The notes under the pieces were generated by a model that had not been told where the DNA came from, did not search any database, and worked only from the letters and a program-made list of their open reading frames with translations. The position numbers and the translations under genes are program-made. A stretch of 42,351 nucleotides of DNA, from positions 152,814,271 to 152,856,621 of the forward strand of contig NC_068983.1 in assembly GCF_001194135.2 (NCBI RefSeq). The letters run 5' to 3'. The stretch comes from Octopus bimaculoides (Eukaryota). Positions 23,060 to 35,164 of this stretch are shown one piece after another (position 1 is the stretch's first letter; every line of letters starts with the position of its first letter).

Positions 23060-26000
23060 TTTGCAACTGTTGAATGAACAGGTTTTCAAAGTTTTAAAAT
23101 ATTGGACGACCTCAGGACACATGGAGTAGATGTGGCTATTGCAATAGAGTCCAAGATGAGCGGACCTCCAGCGTTCTCGCCTTTCCTAAATGGTTACGAG
23201 AAATTTATTTCTCCTAGCCGAGGAAGAGGAGGTGTCGTGGCAGTCTCTATTAGGAAGAGCTTGGAGCTACCGGTAAGTTCTGTCCTTCTGGACCCAGAAG
23301 GTAGGCTGGTCCTCCTAGATATGACACATGTAAGTGAGCAGTCCTTCAGGTTGGTAGTTTTCTACGCTCCTAAGGAGCGTGGACTGTCGGGTTTTATCCG
23401 AGACTTGGAGCACTTTCTAGTGACGTCTAAAACGATAGTTCTAATAAGTGACTGTAAACTATCCTCGATGCGCGGGTGGATAGTATTGGCCCGACTGATA
23501 AGAAGGAGAATACTGGCCTCAAGGGTCTACTAGATAACTTTAATCTAGTAGACAGTGGACGTGGGGTAACAACGACAGCTCACGCAGATCGTACTTAGAT
23601 AGAGTATTCGTTAGGTAAAGAGATAATAATACTTTTAGTTGTCTACAATTTTGTATTGTGCCTTACACGGATCACACATTTGTGGCGTGTGAGGTACATT
23701 TAGATATATGTCATCGACAGGGACCCGGGTACTGGAAGATGAGCAAGTCTATTTTGACTTGTGAAGACGTTCGTACCCGGATTAAGGAGTTAGTACAGAG
23801 GGGATTATGTGGCACCATCATTAATAACAGATAGTGGCATTAGTGTCCATTAGATTTAGCAATCAACTGAGTTTAGATAGGACTAGAATACAGGGCGATT
23901 TAGTTAAGAACTTAGACGTAGCTGTGGAATCTAGAGTGCATCTAGAGTGCTGGCGACGAGACCGGTCTTGTACCGTCACCTCAATTCCAAGCACGAAGGC
24001 TGCAGAGTTAGAGCTAAGCTACGTGCAGGGAAACAAGAAGGTATTAACGTTGCTGGATGGGCACGTCGTGTGGAGAGTCAGCGAGGAAAGATGCGTCTAT
24101 AAATTCTTTAACTGACGAACGGGGGCGCAAGATCTATGGACAGGAGGAGATGCAGAAAGTCTTCCACCAGCATTTCGCCAGGTTGTTCGGGGAGAACGAT
24201 TCGCTTGAGCGCGAGGAGGTCTTAAAGGACTTCCTAGCTGCTGGGCCGCGACTCTCGGCACTTAAGGCGGAGTGCTGTGAAGGACCGATCACTCCCGCGG
24301 AAGTAAAGAAAGTGTTAGCCAAGTGCGCCGGGGACAAGTCGCTGGGGCTACTTAATGTAGAGTTAAAGATTGTGGCCAAGGTGTTAGCGAAAAGGTAGAC
24401 AGATGTCGTGGATAAAATTGTAGGGAAGGCACAGACATGTGCAATCCCAAGCAGGTCGATCCAGGATAATCTTCACCTTATCCGCTACACCTTAGACAGG
24501 GTTGCTAAATTATCCGACAAAGGTGGGGAAATGGTTCATTTTGACGTAAGTAAAGCATTTGATAGGGTAGACCATCGGTACCTGGCGGTGGTCTTCGAAG
24601 CGGCTGGGCTGGGTCCTGGCCTTTGTGGATTGATCGCTGCTGTATACAGCGGCATCAAGTCCACAGTCCAGATAAATGGTTACCTGACGTATTCGATCAA
24701 GTGGTCAGTTCGTCAAGAGTATCCCTTGTCTCCGCTTCTGTACGTGTTGGCTCTTGTGCCATTGCTGCAGAAGCTGGAGAGGTTGGGAGGCAACCCTAAT
24801 GAAATCGGATGCGGTAAGTCTGTTTCTGCGTATACGGATGACATCACCTTCATCGTGACCAACGAAGCACAGCTACCTTGTGAAGAAGATACTATCAGAG
24901 AATACGAGGTAGTGGCAGGAAAAAAAGCTAACAAGGACAAGTCTATCGGCTTGCGCCTCAGCACCTGAAAGAGCAAGTCGATATCGTCCAGTGTCGTGGG
25001 TCACTGGACAGATGTGCCTGTTAAGTTGCTTGGAATTTGGTTTGGATCGGACTCCCAGACGGAGAAGAATTGGAGCGAGGTGGCAAACAAGGTAGAGGCA
25101 CTAGTCCGGACTTGGTCCGGAAGGGCGTCTGTACTTGAAAGGAAGGGCGGAGGTGGTACAGGTGTTTATTGCATTTGTAATCACCTACCACCTGAGCGTT
25201 GTCCCTTGCCTCGATTCGTGGCTAAACAAGTTGGAACGACTCCTTTTTCACTTTTTGTGGAAGGGAGTAAAGCCAATCTGGAATGTGTCGTGACAGGGTC
25301 CTTCATCTCTGGCTCCGTTTGCTGCCAGGAACCGTTAAAGAGTGGGTTAAGAATGCCTTGGCGAATGATGCACGGACATGCGTTGAAGCTAAGACATTTC
25401 TGGCTCCACCTGGAATGTGATAAGGTATGGTGTCCACTGGCAGAGGAATTCTTCCCGCGACCGGCCTCTATGGAGAGATTTAAACTCGGTTTCATAAAAA
25501 GACGTAATCTGACTGTATGGCAAAAAGAATGCCGACAGGCACTCAGGCTTATCCACAAGACGGGCAAGGCCGGCAGCGGGTATAGCATCTGGGTGTTCTA
25601 TAGAGAGCTGGTGGAGTACAAAAATGATGACGTCTTAGGAGGGGCGTTTGGGTTCTACGAGAACCAACTCGCTAACCTGCTTCGTAGGACTGTCAAGCCG
25701 GGATATTTGGATAATTACCAAACATCCTTGGCCTGGTAGTGTTACAGGAATGCTTTATCTGTGGGCGAAAAGTTATCCAGGCTCGGAATATCAGTGCCAC
25801 CGACATGCCCAAGATATGGGCTGGACTATGAAACCATTCAGCACGCTTTTGTACAATGTCGAGATCTGTCAAGCTTCATAAGTTACGTAGAACACATGTT
25901 GTCGCATCTGGGAGGAGTACTGCTATCGACTGGATCTATAATAAAGTTGGTACCGCAGCTGGACTCTCAAAGGAAGGTGAGGCATGTTTTCTGTGTACAG

Positions 26001-26182
26001 TTGAATTATTGAATGAGTGTGTATGGAGATCGAGATTGGAAGGTGTCGCGTCAGGGTCCTTCATCTCTGGCTCTGGGTTGCTAACTTACTTCACGTACCA
26101 TCTGAAGAGCAATATGGTGTTGGAGAGGAGAATCCTGCCGCGAAGCGTGTATGAACAACGGTGGAAGGATGTGATGAGATAG
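23060..26182 (+). pseudogene. LINE ORF2 (APE endonuclease - reverse transcriptase - CCHC), multiple stops and frameshifts
   Basis: APE: DPEGRLVLLD, FRLVVFYAP, YLDRVF, YTDH, GPGYWKM. RT: ELKIVAKVLAKR, SIQDNLHLIR, D.SKAFDRVDH, SVRQ..PLSPLLY, SAYTDDIT, KLLGIWFG. C-terminal CPRY..ETIQHAFVQC. Confidence 0.92.
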
Positions 26183-26432
26183 GTGGGTTTTAGTAACCCA
26201 ACATAATCATGAACGAAAGAAGAAAGAGGCTTTACAGGCTGCGGGTGCGTTCACTTTGTTAAAAAAAAGTTTTAAAAACAAGTCAAAATTAAATTGCATG
26301 TAGCTGAAATTCAAATTTTAAAATGTCCATACGAACGCATCATAACATCTTTGTGTATTTGTGATGTCTTTTAATGTCTTCATCTGTGTAAGATTTTTTT
26401 TAATAATTGTAATAAAAAATTCAGCTAGCGAT

Positions 26433-26703
26433 CCAAGCTACTCTAGGCTGATGAAGGTAATAACTCTGAAACTAGTCTCTGGGTGCTGGCTTTGGTGGGT
26501 GGAGGTGCTTATCTCATCTGCTTGAAAACTTAAGGACACAGAACGGTTGTGTTACATAGCCAACTGCAAACGATGTTTCCTGGAGCTAAATACCAGTAGC
26601 ATTCTTCCTTTTCCTGGGACTGCTACATTAAGTTGGCAATAAACCATCAATTTTTCCGTGCTGCTACTGTATACGTCTCTCTGAGAGATTTAGAAATGCA
26701 ATA
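26433..26703 (+). mobile_element. Hammerhead-headed non-autonomous repeat module (copy 2)
   Basis: Collinear homology with 4445-4720; followed by (TATC)n. Confidence 0.75.
26441..26483 (+). ncRNA. Minimal type I hammerhead ribozyme motif with intact catalytic core
   Basis: CTGATGA (26448-54), short stem II AGG..CTCT, GAAA (26468-71), palindromic stem III ACTAGT, GUC cleavage triplet ending at 26477. Stem I TCTAGG/TCTGGG has 3 Watson-Crick and 3 GU pairs, extended by CCAAGC/GCTTTGG. Confidence 0.65.
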
Positions 26704-26705
26704 TT

Positions 26706-26781
<76 letters not shown>

Positions 26782-27548
26782 NNNNNNNNNNNNNNNNNNN
26801 NNNNNNNNNNNNNNNNNNNNNNNNNNNNNNNNNNNNNNNNNNNNNNNNNNNNNNNNNNNNNNNNNNNNNNNNNNNNNNNNNNNNNNNNNNNNNNNNNNNN
26901 NNNNNNNNNNNNNNNNNNNNNNNNNNNNNNNNNNNNNNNNNNNNNNNNNNNNNNNNNNNNNNNNNNNNNNNNNNNNNNNNNNNNNNNNNNNNNNNNNNNN
27001 NNNNNNNNNNNNNNNNNNNNNNNNNNNNNNNNNNNNNNNNNNNNNNNNNNNNNNNNNNNNNNNNNNNNNNNNNNNNNNNNNNNNNNNNNNNNNNNNNNNN
27101 NNNNNNNNNNNNNNNNNNNNNNNNNNNNNNNNNNNNNNNNNNNNNNNNNNNNNNNNNNNNNNNNNNNNNNNNNNNNNNNNNNNNNNNNNNNNNNNNNNNN
27201 NNNNNNNNNNNNNNNNNNNNNNNNNNNNNNNNNNNNNNNNNNNNNNNNNNNNNNNNNNNNNNNNNNNNNNNNNNNNNNNNNNNNNNNNNNNNNNNNNNNN
27301 NNNNNNNNNNNNNNNNNNNNNNNNNNNNNNNNNNNNNNNNNNNNNNNNNNNNNNNNNNNNNNNNNNNNNNNNNNNNNNNNNNNNNNNNNNNNNNNNNNNN
27401 NNNNNNNNNNNNNNNNNNNNNNNNNNNNNNNNNNNNNNNNNNNNNNNNNNNNNNNNNNNNNNNNNNNNNNNNNNNNNNNNNNNNNNNNNNNNNNNNNNNN
27501 NNNNNNNNNNNNNNNNNNNNNNNNNNNNNNNNNNNNNNNNNNNNNNNN

Positions 27549-27591
<43 letters not shown>

Positions 27592-27796
27592 TGTATTTGT
27601 CCCTCCATCAACACGTGAAATCGGTGATGGTGTATTTACAATCCCGTATCTTAGTGGTTCGTGAACACAAACGGATAGAATAAGTACCAAGCTTGAAAAA
27701 TAACTAATGGGGTTGATTCATTCGACTAAAATTTCAAGTCGGCGTACCAAAATGGCCGCAATCTAATGACTGAAGCAAGTAAAAGTTAAAAGATAC
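27549..27796 (+). mobile_element. SINE family A, older copy, 3' half (5' part in gap)
   Basis: (GT)n followed by TTTGTCCC..GATAGAATAAGTACC..CGACTAA..ATGGCCGCA..ATGACTGAAGCAAGTAAAAG. Confidence 0.8.
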
Positions 27797-27836
27797 GTAT
27801 AGCCTGGCTGTGCACACAGACTCAGATTCAAACATG

Positions 27837-27838
<2 letters not shown>

Positions 27839-27885
<47 letters not shown>
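27839..27885. repeat. (TC)n microsatellite
   Basis: Directly visible. Confidence 0.95.
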
Positions 27886-27888
<3 letters not shown>

Positions 27889-30049
27889 AGAACAAATGCT
27901 ATAACATCGCGATCAATTTCGTCCGGTCATTCTGCTTTTCGAGATTTTATTGTGTGATCGTTTTCTTCGAAGAATTTCTTACTATATATGAAGTGAGCCG
28001 TGTTATTTTCTTGAAGTATCAATTATCGAGGATTTGAAAAGGATATATTCTACTTCAGTCGAGTATTTACAAACAGATTCACTACAACAATATAGCTGAA
28101 AGCTGTCCAATATTTTTTTTTTTTTTGGCGAGTTTGGAATCTTGGATACATTTAAGAGTTAGAAGGAGCGAGAAACATATAAACTGATGTGCTTTAGCAT
28201 GAGTCAGGAATTGGCTGATCATATATATATATATATGCCATGTTTTAAACGAGACATTTTAAACGCACTTACTTAAGTCTTCCATATACAATATATATAA
28301 AAGAAATAACAGCCGAAAGAGAGTAATGATTTCAATATGATCAATATAGTGTTGATTTTGAAGCAGAGCCTCACTCAGGAGTCTTCAGTAAAAGAGAAAA
28401 TAAAATATGCGTGTGTGTTGAGTGTATATGTGTTTCAATGCTAGAATACATGGATATTACCAGGTATGTTTTGTGTGCAAATATGTGTGTGTGTGAAAGA
28501 CAGTAATTATTGGCAATAAAGTAAATACTCTATGCATCATTGGCATATTGTGTGATTATGAGTCTAATACAAAACAAAATTTAAACATTTTGCTAGAACG
28601 CATTAAAATAATTTTCACAGCAACGGAACGTATTTTATTTCCTTTCAATGCTGTGCATATTAGCTTCTGCAAAAAAATGCAGCATGCTACCATTAATTAC
28701 TAATGAAGGTAAATTAGATTTAAAGCTTAGTTACCTATATTAAAATCAATATGACATGTACATTTTATTCCATTTGCAAATGATAAAACTGTAATTATTC
28801 ATTTAACAACTGTAAGTCATCGACAAATAATCAATACTTGTTAACATTGTTAAATTAATTAAAAGACGATACTATGGCAATGAATATACTGCAGTGAATT
28901 TATTAAAGTTGAACGTTTGCATTCTTGTCTACCAAGTTGTATCTCATTACTTGAGATACAAAAAGGAAAATGTTTGATATATCTGTCGACGTTAGAAATA
29001 ATTAAATCTTTCTCGTTGATTTGTTATTGTGATCCTGTTCGCACATTCATTAATAAATCTATCATCATCATACAGAGAGTGTCCAACTTGATTTAAGAAA
29101 CGTGTTGAAATTTACAATAGAATGCAAGTAGCAAGTCACGAATACCAGAACATTTATTCATAGACTAAGAGAATCCAATTCTTTGTCCTGACCCGAACGT
29201 CTATTGCACGCCCCTTATAAATGTCTTAGATAATCATCTGAGTAATTCAAGAGAGAATAAAACTACATTTGTTTTGATTTCTTTATTCGCCACACGTTAT
29301 ATAAGAAATCTTCATATCAAGGNNNNNNNNNNNNNNNNNNNNNNNNNNNNNNNNNNNNNNNNNNNNNNNNNNNNNNNNNNNNNNNNNNNNNNNNNNNNNN
29401 NNNNNNNNNNNNNNNNNNNNNNNNNNNNNNNNNNNNNNNNNNNNNNNNNNNNNNNNNNNNNNNNNNNNNNNNNNNNNNNNNNNNNNNNNNNNNNNNNNNN
29501 NNNNNNNNNNNNNNNNNNNNNNNNNNNNNNNNNNNNNNNNNNNNNNNNNNNNNNNNNNNNNNNNNNNNNNNNNNNNNNNNNNNNNNNNNNNNNNNNNNNN
29601 NNNNNNNNNNNNNNNNNNNNNNNNNNNNNNNNNNNNNNNNNNNNNNNNNNNNNNNNNNNNNNNNNNNNNNNNNNNNNNNNNNNNNNNNNNNNNNNNNNNN
29701 NNNNNNNNNNNNNNNNNNNNNNNNNNNNNNNNNNNNNNNNNNNNNNNNNNNNNNNNNNNNNNNNNNNNNNNNNNNNNNNNNNNNNNNNNNNNNNNNNNNN
29801 NNNNNNNNNNNNNNNNNNNNNNNNNNNNNNNNNNNNNNNNNNNNNNNNNNNNNNTATATATATATGTATATATATATATTATATATATATATGTGTGTGC
29901 GTGTGTATGTTGTGTGAGTGTGTACAGAAAGAGAGAGAGAGAGTAAGGGAGAGTGAAAAAGAGATGAAGAGTTTGTTTCCTAGAGTGGTTTCCTACATCT
30001 AATATGTGTGCATATATCTACTTATATATACATACATACATACATATAT

Positions 30050-30281
30050 ATATATACATATATATATACGCACACATATATATATGCACATATATATAAA
30101 TATGCAAATATACATACATATATATACACACACAGACACACATATGTATGTATATATGTATGTATATATATATATATATATATACATATATATATACGCA
30201 CACATATATATATGCACATATATATAAATATGCAAATATACATACATATATATACACACACAGACACACATATGTATGTAT
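30050..30281. repeat. Tandem duplication of a 128-bp TA/CA-rich unit
   Basis: CGCACACA..AATATGCAAATATAC..CAGACACAC occurs at 30069 and 30197; the array runs into a gap. Confidence 0.9.
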
Positions 30282-31077
30282 NNNNNNNNNNNNNNNNNNN
30301 NNNNNNNNNNNNNNNNNNNNNNNNNNNNNNNNNNNNNNNNNNNNNNNNNNNNNNNNNNNNNNNNNNNNNNNNNNNNNNNNNNNNNNNNNNNNNNNNNNNN
30401 NNNNNNNNNNNNNNNNNNNNNNNNNNNNNNNNNNNNNNNNNNNNNNNNNNNNNNNNNNNNNNNNNNNNNNNNNNNNNNNNNNNNNNTGTGTGTGTGTGTG
30501 TGTGTATATAACATTCTTAATGAGAAATTGCTACAAATGCTAAAAGTAAATCACATTTTTAACCCTACGCTACACTTCTGACAGAAAACGAAAAAAAATT
30601 CAGCGATTTTTTTCAATTTCACGTTAACTTTGTCACAGTTTAAATGCATTGAGACTGAAAAAGATTGCAGCCTACATGAAAAGTGCGTGAGAGTGGGAAC
30701 CAGAAGTACAAAAACGTGTGAATAATCTCTGCAATATAGGATTATTAATTTTTAAATTGTAGGATTAAAAAAATATGACTATGTTGAAGAGTGTATAAAT
30801 AATGATTTGATGAGTCAGTAAGTTTAAAAAAAGGAGCGAATTTAATATACTGACCATCTTTATAGTTTGATATAATTTTACAGCGAAGTTATCAAAATAG
30901 CAGTTTGTGAAACTTTCTTTTGCGCTGTTTATATTAAGAGATAGTGAAGATAGGCTGAGGGTGTCCATGGTTTTCTCAAAAAGTCCATAATATGATAGAT
31001 TTATACAATTGTTATACAGTTAGCACATTTTATAACCGGCATTCGTCAGAAAAATATGTTTATATATTCGAGAAGCG

Positions 31078-31122
31078 AAATTACGAATGTGACTCAGAAA
31101 ATTACGAATGTGACTCAGAAAA
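31078..31122. repeat. 21-bp tandem duplication
   Basis: AAATTACGAATGTGACTCAGA occurs twice in tandem. Confidence 0.95.
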
Positions 31123-31539
31123 GGATTGCGTTTATTGAGGTTGGAAAATGAATCCCAGAAAATCTGACGAATAGACAAGAAACCAGTCTATGGATGTCTC
31201 TTGAAACAGGTGGTTTTCACTTGATGGACCAGGACAAATTAGTTTGTTGTACTTTTCATAGAAGCGGTAGAGAATAGAATTTCTGCGTGTTTGATACATA
31301 TATCTGTGAAGTAACATCCAATCATTCTAAATATATCCACATTATATAATTTAATAATTCCCCACTTACTTAACAATATGCGATAATAGCAGCTATAATA
31401 TATTTGATTATCGGTATACTCACACTAATCTCTGATTAGCAATAACTAGTACATCAATCTGTATGCTGTCTTTATAGCTCGAGTGTTTTCACTATCAGAG
31501 CGAGCCAGCCAAAATTGATCACATTGTCGAAAGATTCGA

Positions 31540-32116
31540 CTACAAACCGAGATGCCGATGGTTGATGCTGGAAAAAGATACCATGTTGGACTTCCTGTAT
31601 GTTAAATCATATTCACGTCTCTTTTTGCAATGTTATTATAACGATCCAATCGGAAACGACTCATTTTGAAGCGATTTCTTTTTTGTTTTTAACTCGCATT
31701 TCTTTCACAAGAGTGGCGCAAGTTCCCAGCATTTAGACTTAATATGAATTTTAATAGAAAACTCAAATCCAGTATATTCCAGAGCTTGAAGATCCGCGGT
31801 TACAACAACAATGAGATGACTGAATCTATTAAAAGATTCAAAACGAACCTGAAGAGTAAGTGTCATCAAGCGGTAACCATGTGTACAAATACGGTATTAC
31901 ATATCAGTCATAAATGGCTAGGGAAAACAATCATGTTTCTTGGGCGAAGGTTACTGAAGAATAGTTTCTGTGCATTTTCAAAGCTCCATCAAATATACAC
32001 GAAATTTTTATTGTAGCGATATGGTACACTTCGTTATCTCACATTATCCAACTAAATGTTGAATTTTGAGCGCAGATTACAACACTACGCTTCTTACATT
32101 AATCAGAAAAAGACAT
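31540..32116 (+). mobile_element. Penelope-like element relic (RT C-terminus to GIY-YIG endonuclease)
   Basis: EKDTMLDFLYVK (31571-31606, like E.NG.LPFLDV). ORF 31744-32016 has LKIRGY..IKRF..WLGKT.MFLGRRL. ASYI(N)Q(T)KRH at 32089-32116 is YIG-like. Confidence 0.65.
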
Positions 32117-33419
32117 GCACCCAACACCAGAGCTGAAGACACCTCCGAAAGGGGGTGGCCCCGCCACGTCAAAACGGTAGAAGAGTAAGGGCTGAAACCG
32201 GACGTGGTTACTCCTGATGATGTATTGAGCTAACTGGATCCTATAAAGGAGTTGTTGTGGTAGCAGACCACGAAACATGGTTGAAATTCCTCATGGACTA
32301 TAGATGAGGGCTAAAATACTAATTATTAGTTTGATCTCATAGAACTTGATCATATTGATATTGTGCAATTTTAGTTTAGAATCGTTTATTTTGAATGGCT
32401 TTTCTGCTGTAATTGTTGGTGTATACCAAAACTTGCAGTTCTTAGTTTTGAATGTATGTATTCTTGCATAATTGCCCATGCGTGGATATGTACTAATCTT
32501 AAATATCACATATGAACTTTTTGCGAGACTTTCCGAAGTTGTTGTTAATGACGCACACAATTTATCTAAAATGGAATAAATAGAAATAAAACGCTTACTA
32601 AGAGTTATGTCCCTTAGAATATTAAAGCACTACTTCGCATGGAAATTGGATTAAATTGAACATAATGTTCTACACAAGATTTGTATTTCTGTCAGATGCT
32701 TTAGACTAGCTAAGCATCTTAGCAAACGGTAAGATCTATCGGTGATCGACTGAATTTGCACAGAAAAATTCAACTAGAAAAGAAATCCAGGAAGACATGA
32801 CGTCCTGCATATTATTTCTGCAACACACACTCACACACACACGAACACAAACAAACACGCACACACATGCACACACACAATCACATGTACACACACAATC
32901 ACACGTACACACACACAAGCGCTCACACACTCTGTGCAATGTAACATCAGGGAAACACATTTGATCTCTAACGGAATGCAATATAACGTTCTACTGAGGA
33001 AACATTGCACTTAGGTATCCAGATGTACTTGGAACTGCCAATGTTGACTTCCAGCTCACTGAAATATGAGACGTACGTGGCAAGTAAATATTTATACTGG
33101 TGCTCATTTTATTTTCCACTACTTATACTGTGTATCTATTTCATAACTAGTAACACTACAAAATGTAGGGATCGAATAACCATTATTCTGGAAGCCAACT
33201 GGGTAATGATTACATACGTGAGGGCTCTATCTTATAAGTAGTAATCGTACAACAATCTATACACACAAGATATATGTCTTTATAAATATGTGCGCGTGTG
33301 TGTGTCTGCGCGCGCGTGTAATAGTATGTCAATAAAAACACTAGCTAAAATACTAAATTGAATTATTGTTTTAATTGCACAAGAAGAATTATCTTTCGTA
33401 TTGTACAAGTGGAATTATA

Positions 33420-34530
33420 TTAGGTTCGAAGAAAGTCTTGTTGCAGTTTTCTGATAATCACTTTGGGGGTACTTTCTCGATACTTTGGTAAAATAGGTAT
33501 CAATTTTTACATTCTAACGTTTCCTTTCTTTCATGCAGATTACTTTATACTTTGTGGTTAATCCATATCAATTTTACTTTCTTAATAGGTACCTTAGATG
33601 AGACACATATCCGACATTGGATGCTGTCTGAATTCAAACTGCGCTCTACAGAAATGAAAGCGACTGACCAGGTTCACTCGAGAAGCTTTTGTAGCAGATT
33701 ATTCATAATCTAGATGATCAAGTTCTGCTAGTATCGAGCTTCTGAAAACCGTAATTCAAGAAAATCAAAATCAAATCACGGAATTTGCAAATCATTTGAA
33801 TTCAAGTCACGATTCCATCATAAAACAATCTCACGAACTAGAGAAAATGTCTAAACTTGGTCACTTATCAACTTCTCAGTTTAATAAGTGCTGCCCTCTG
33901 ATCCTCATTGAAAAGTAAACTTGCCACCAGCTTTTCCTCTTTTGAATCATCACAGGTGAAGGCTAGTAGATACTCCAAAATCATGTTCAACCAAAATGAT
34001 AACAGTTATCACCGGATGCAAAAGGAGAAACCATTCCAAAACCCCAGGTTGCACCCGAAAAAATATTGTTTCGTGATTGGTGAGACAGGAAGGGTGTCGG
34101 CTATCATGACAAGTTAAAACGAAACGAAACTGTCAATACGAAGTATGGCTGTCATTTGGAATCATTGCATAAAAATTTCTGGAAAAAGTGCCTGTCTTCG
34201 GTAATTCGTAAATAGGTGTTGCTCTTACTCACTAATTCAAGACTACAGAATGACCACGTTTATTAGGAAAATATTATGATACTAAATATCGACACTTTAC
34301 TGCATCCTCTTTACTTTCCTGACCTTACTCCATCTCACAATTATCTTTTTATATTTGCTATATTATTTAGAAACAAAGCAGTTATTACGGAGTTATTACA
34401 AAGGTATTTCTTTGCATGGGAATTCGAAGACTTTCAAACCCTAAAAGAAAAATAGTTTGACATTAGATGAGCATTTGTTATCCATAATAAGGGGATGTAT
34501 TATTGTGATTAAATATATCAATTAAGACCG
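33420..34530 (+). mobile_element. Near-full-length decayed mariner element (different subfamily from 11463-12811)
   Basis: TA plus 5' TIR-like TTAGGTTCGAAGAAAGTCTTGTTGCAGTTTT. Across frames: ETHIRHWMLSEFK, LKTVIQEN..LEKMSKLG, IITGE (33946), RLHPKK..DW*DRKG, HPLYFPDLTPS.NYLF, NKG.YYCD. No clear 3' TIR. Confidence 0.82.
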
Positions 34531-34741
34531 AAAGAAATATTTCTTTCACCATGAAAAGTAGGATAGCTGCAGTTCTTGTAGAGTTTTGAAACAAAAGCAA
34601 AAAGCTGCCGGATGAGTTTTAGGTGTAAATCATTCTGATTCTTCATTATAGTAAAGATAAGTCTATATGCACTCGAGAATTACCCAACCATTTTCTCTAT
34701 GATTGAAACAACGAGATGGTGGCTAAGCTGTATATATATGT

Positions 34742-35164
34742 ATATAATATTTGTAAACAAACCAGAAGCCTTTTTTAAGTTACGGAGATAGAGCGACTAT
34801 GAAAGTCTATTAGTACAACAATAACTATAAAATAATATATCATAAGAATAATAATAATATACACTCCATTTTAAAACGACATCTATATATAAACAATTGA
34901 CTGAAAAATGATGAGCTAACCCAGGCCAGAATCGAACCCACAAATCAGCGCATACATATTTTGTTTACAAATATTATATGTAGTATTGGTCAGTTAAGGT
35001 ATATATTCATTAAATTTGGCTGAAGTTATTGGGCGAGAGTTTAACCCGCTTGGATGCGCAAGGGTCCGTGTAAGCGTTGATTTGTGGGTTCGATTCTGGC
35101 CTGGGTTAGCTCAATTTTGTTTTCAGTCAATAGTTTATATATAAATGTCGTTTTAAATCGGAGT
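34742..35164. repeat. Two interleaved inverted-repeat pairs containing a tRNA/SINE-like B-box segment
   Basis: A perfect 20-bp pair at 34742-34761/34960-34979 and an approximately 90-bp pair at 34863-34951/35074-35164. GGTTCGATTC lies at about 35087-35096. Confidence 0.9.

Larger units (their letters stand above)
22128..26419 (+). mobile_element. L1/Tx1-like non-LTR retrotransposon, 5'-truncated and decayed
   Basis: ORF1 remnant with gag-type knuckle, followed by ORF2 with APE endonuclease, RT and C-terminal CCHC. AATAAA plus a short A-run at 26411-26419 is the likely 3' end. Confidence 0.92.

Noticed and set aside
22096-25588. Minus-strand ORFs over the Tx1-like element (e.g. 22146-22625, 25181-25588)
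   Set aside because: Antisense shadows of the purine/GC-rich LINE sequence with no recognisable domain.
2836-30543. HT/CV/YI/poly-His/poly-Pro/poly-Tyr/SL/IYLS ORFs
   Set aside because: Translations of (CA)n, (TA)n, (CAT)n, (CCT)n, (TAT)n, (TC)n and (TATC)n microsatellites.
3527-30581. Long ORFs in the track containing X runs (e.g. 3527-4576, 9093-9815, 26633-27664, 29274-30002)
   Set aside because: They are open only because they span N gaps.
33865-33955. TGTGATGA...CTGA on the minus strand, suggesting a C/D snoRNA
   Set aside because: It is the antisense of the mariner IITG(D) coding region; no terminal stem or rRNA guide was recognised.
2497-35100. tRNA genes
   Set aside because: All A/B-box-like segments are SINE heads without a complete cloverleaf.
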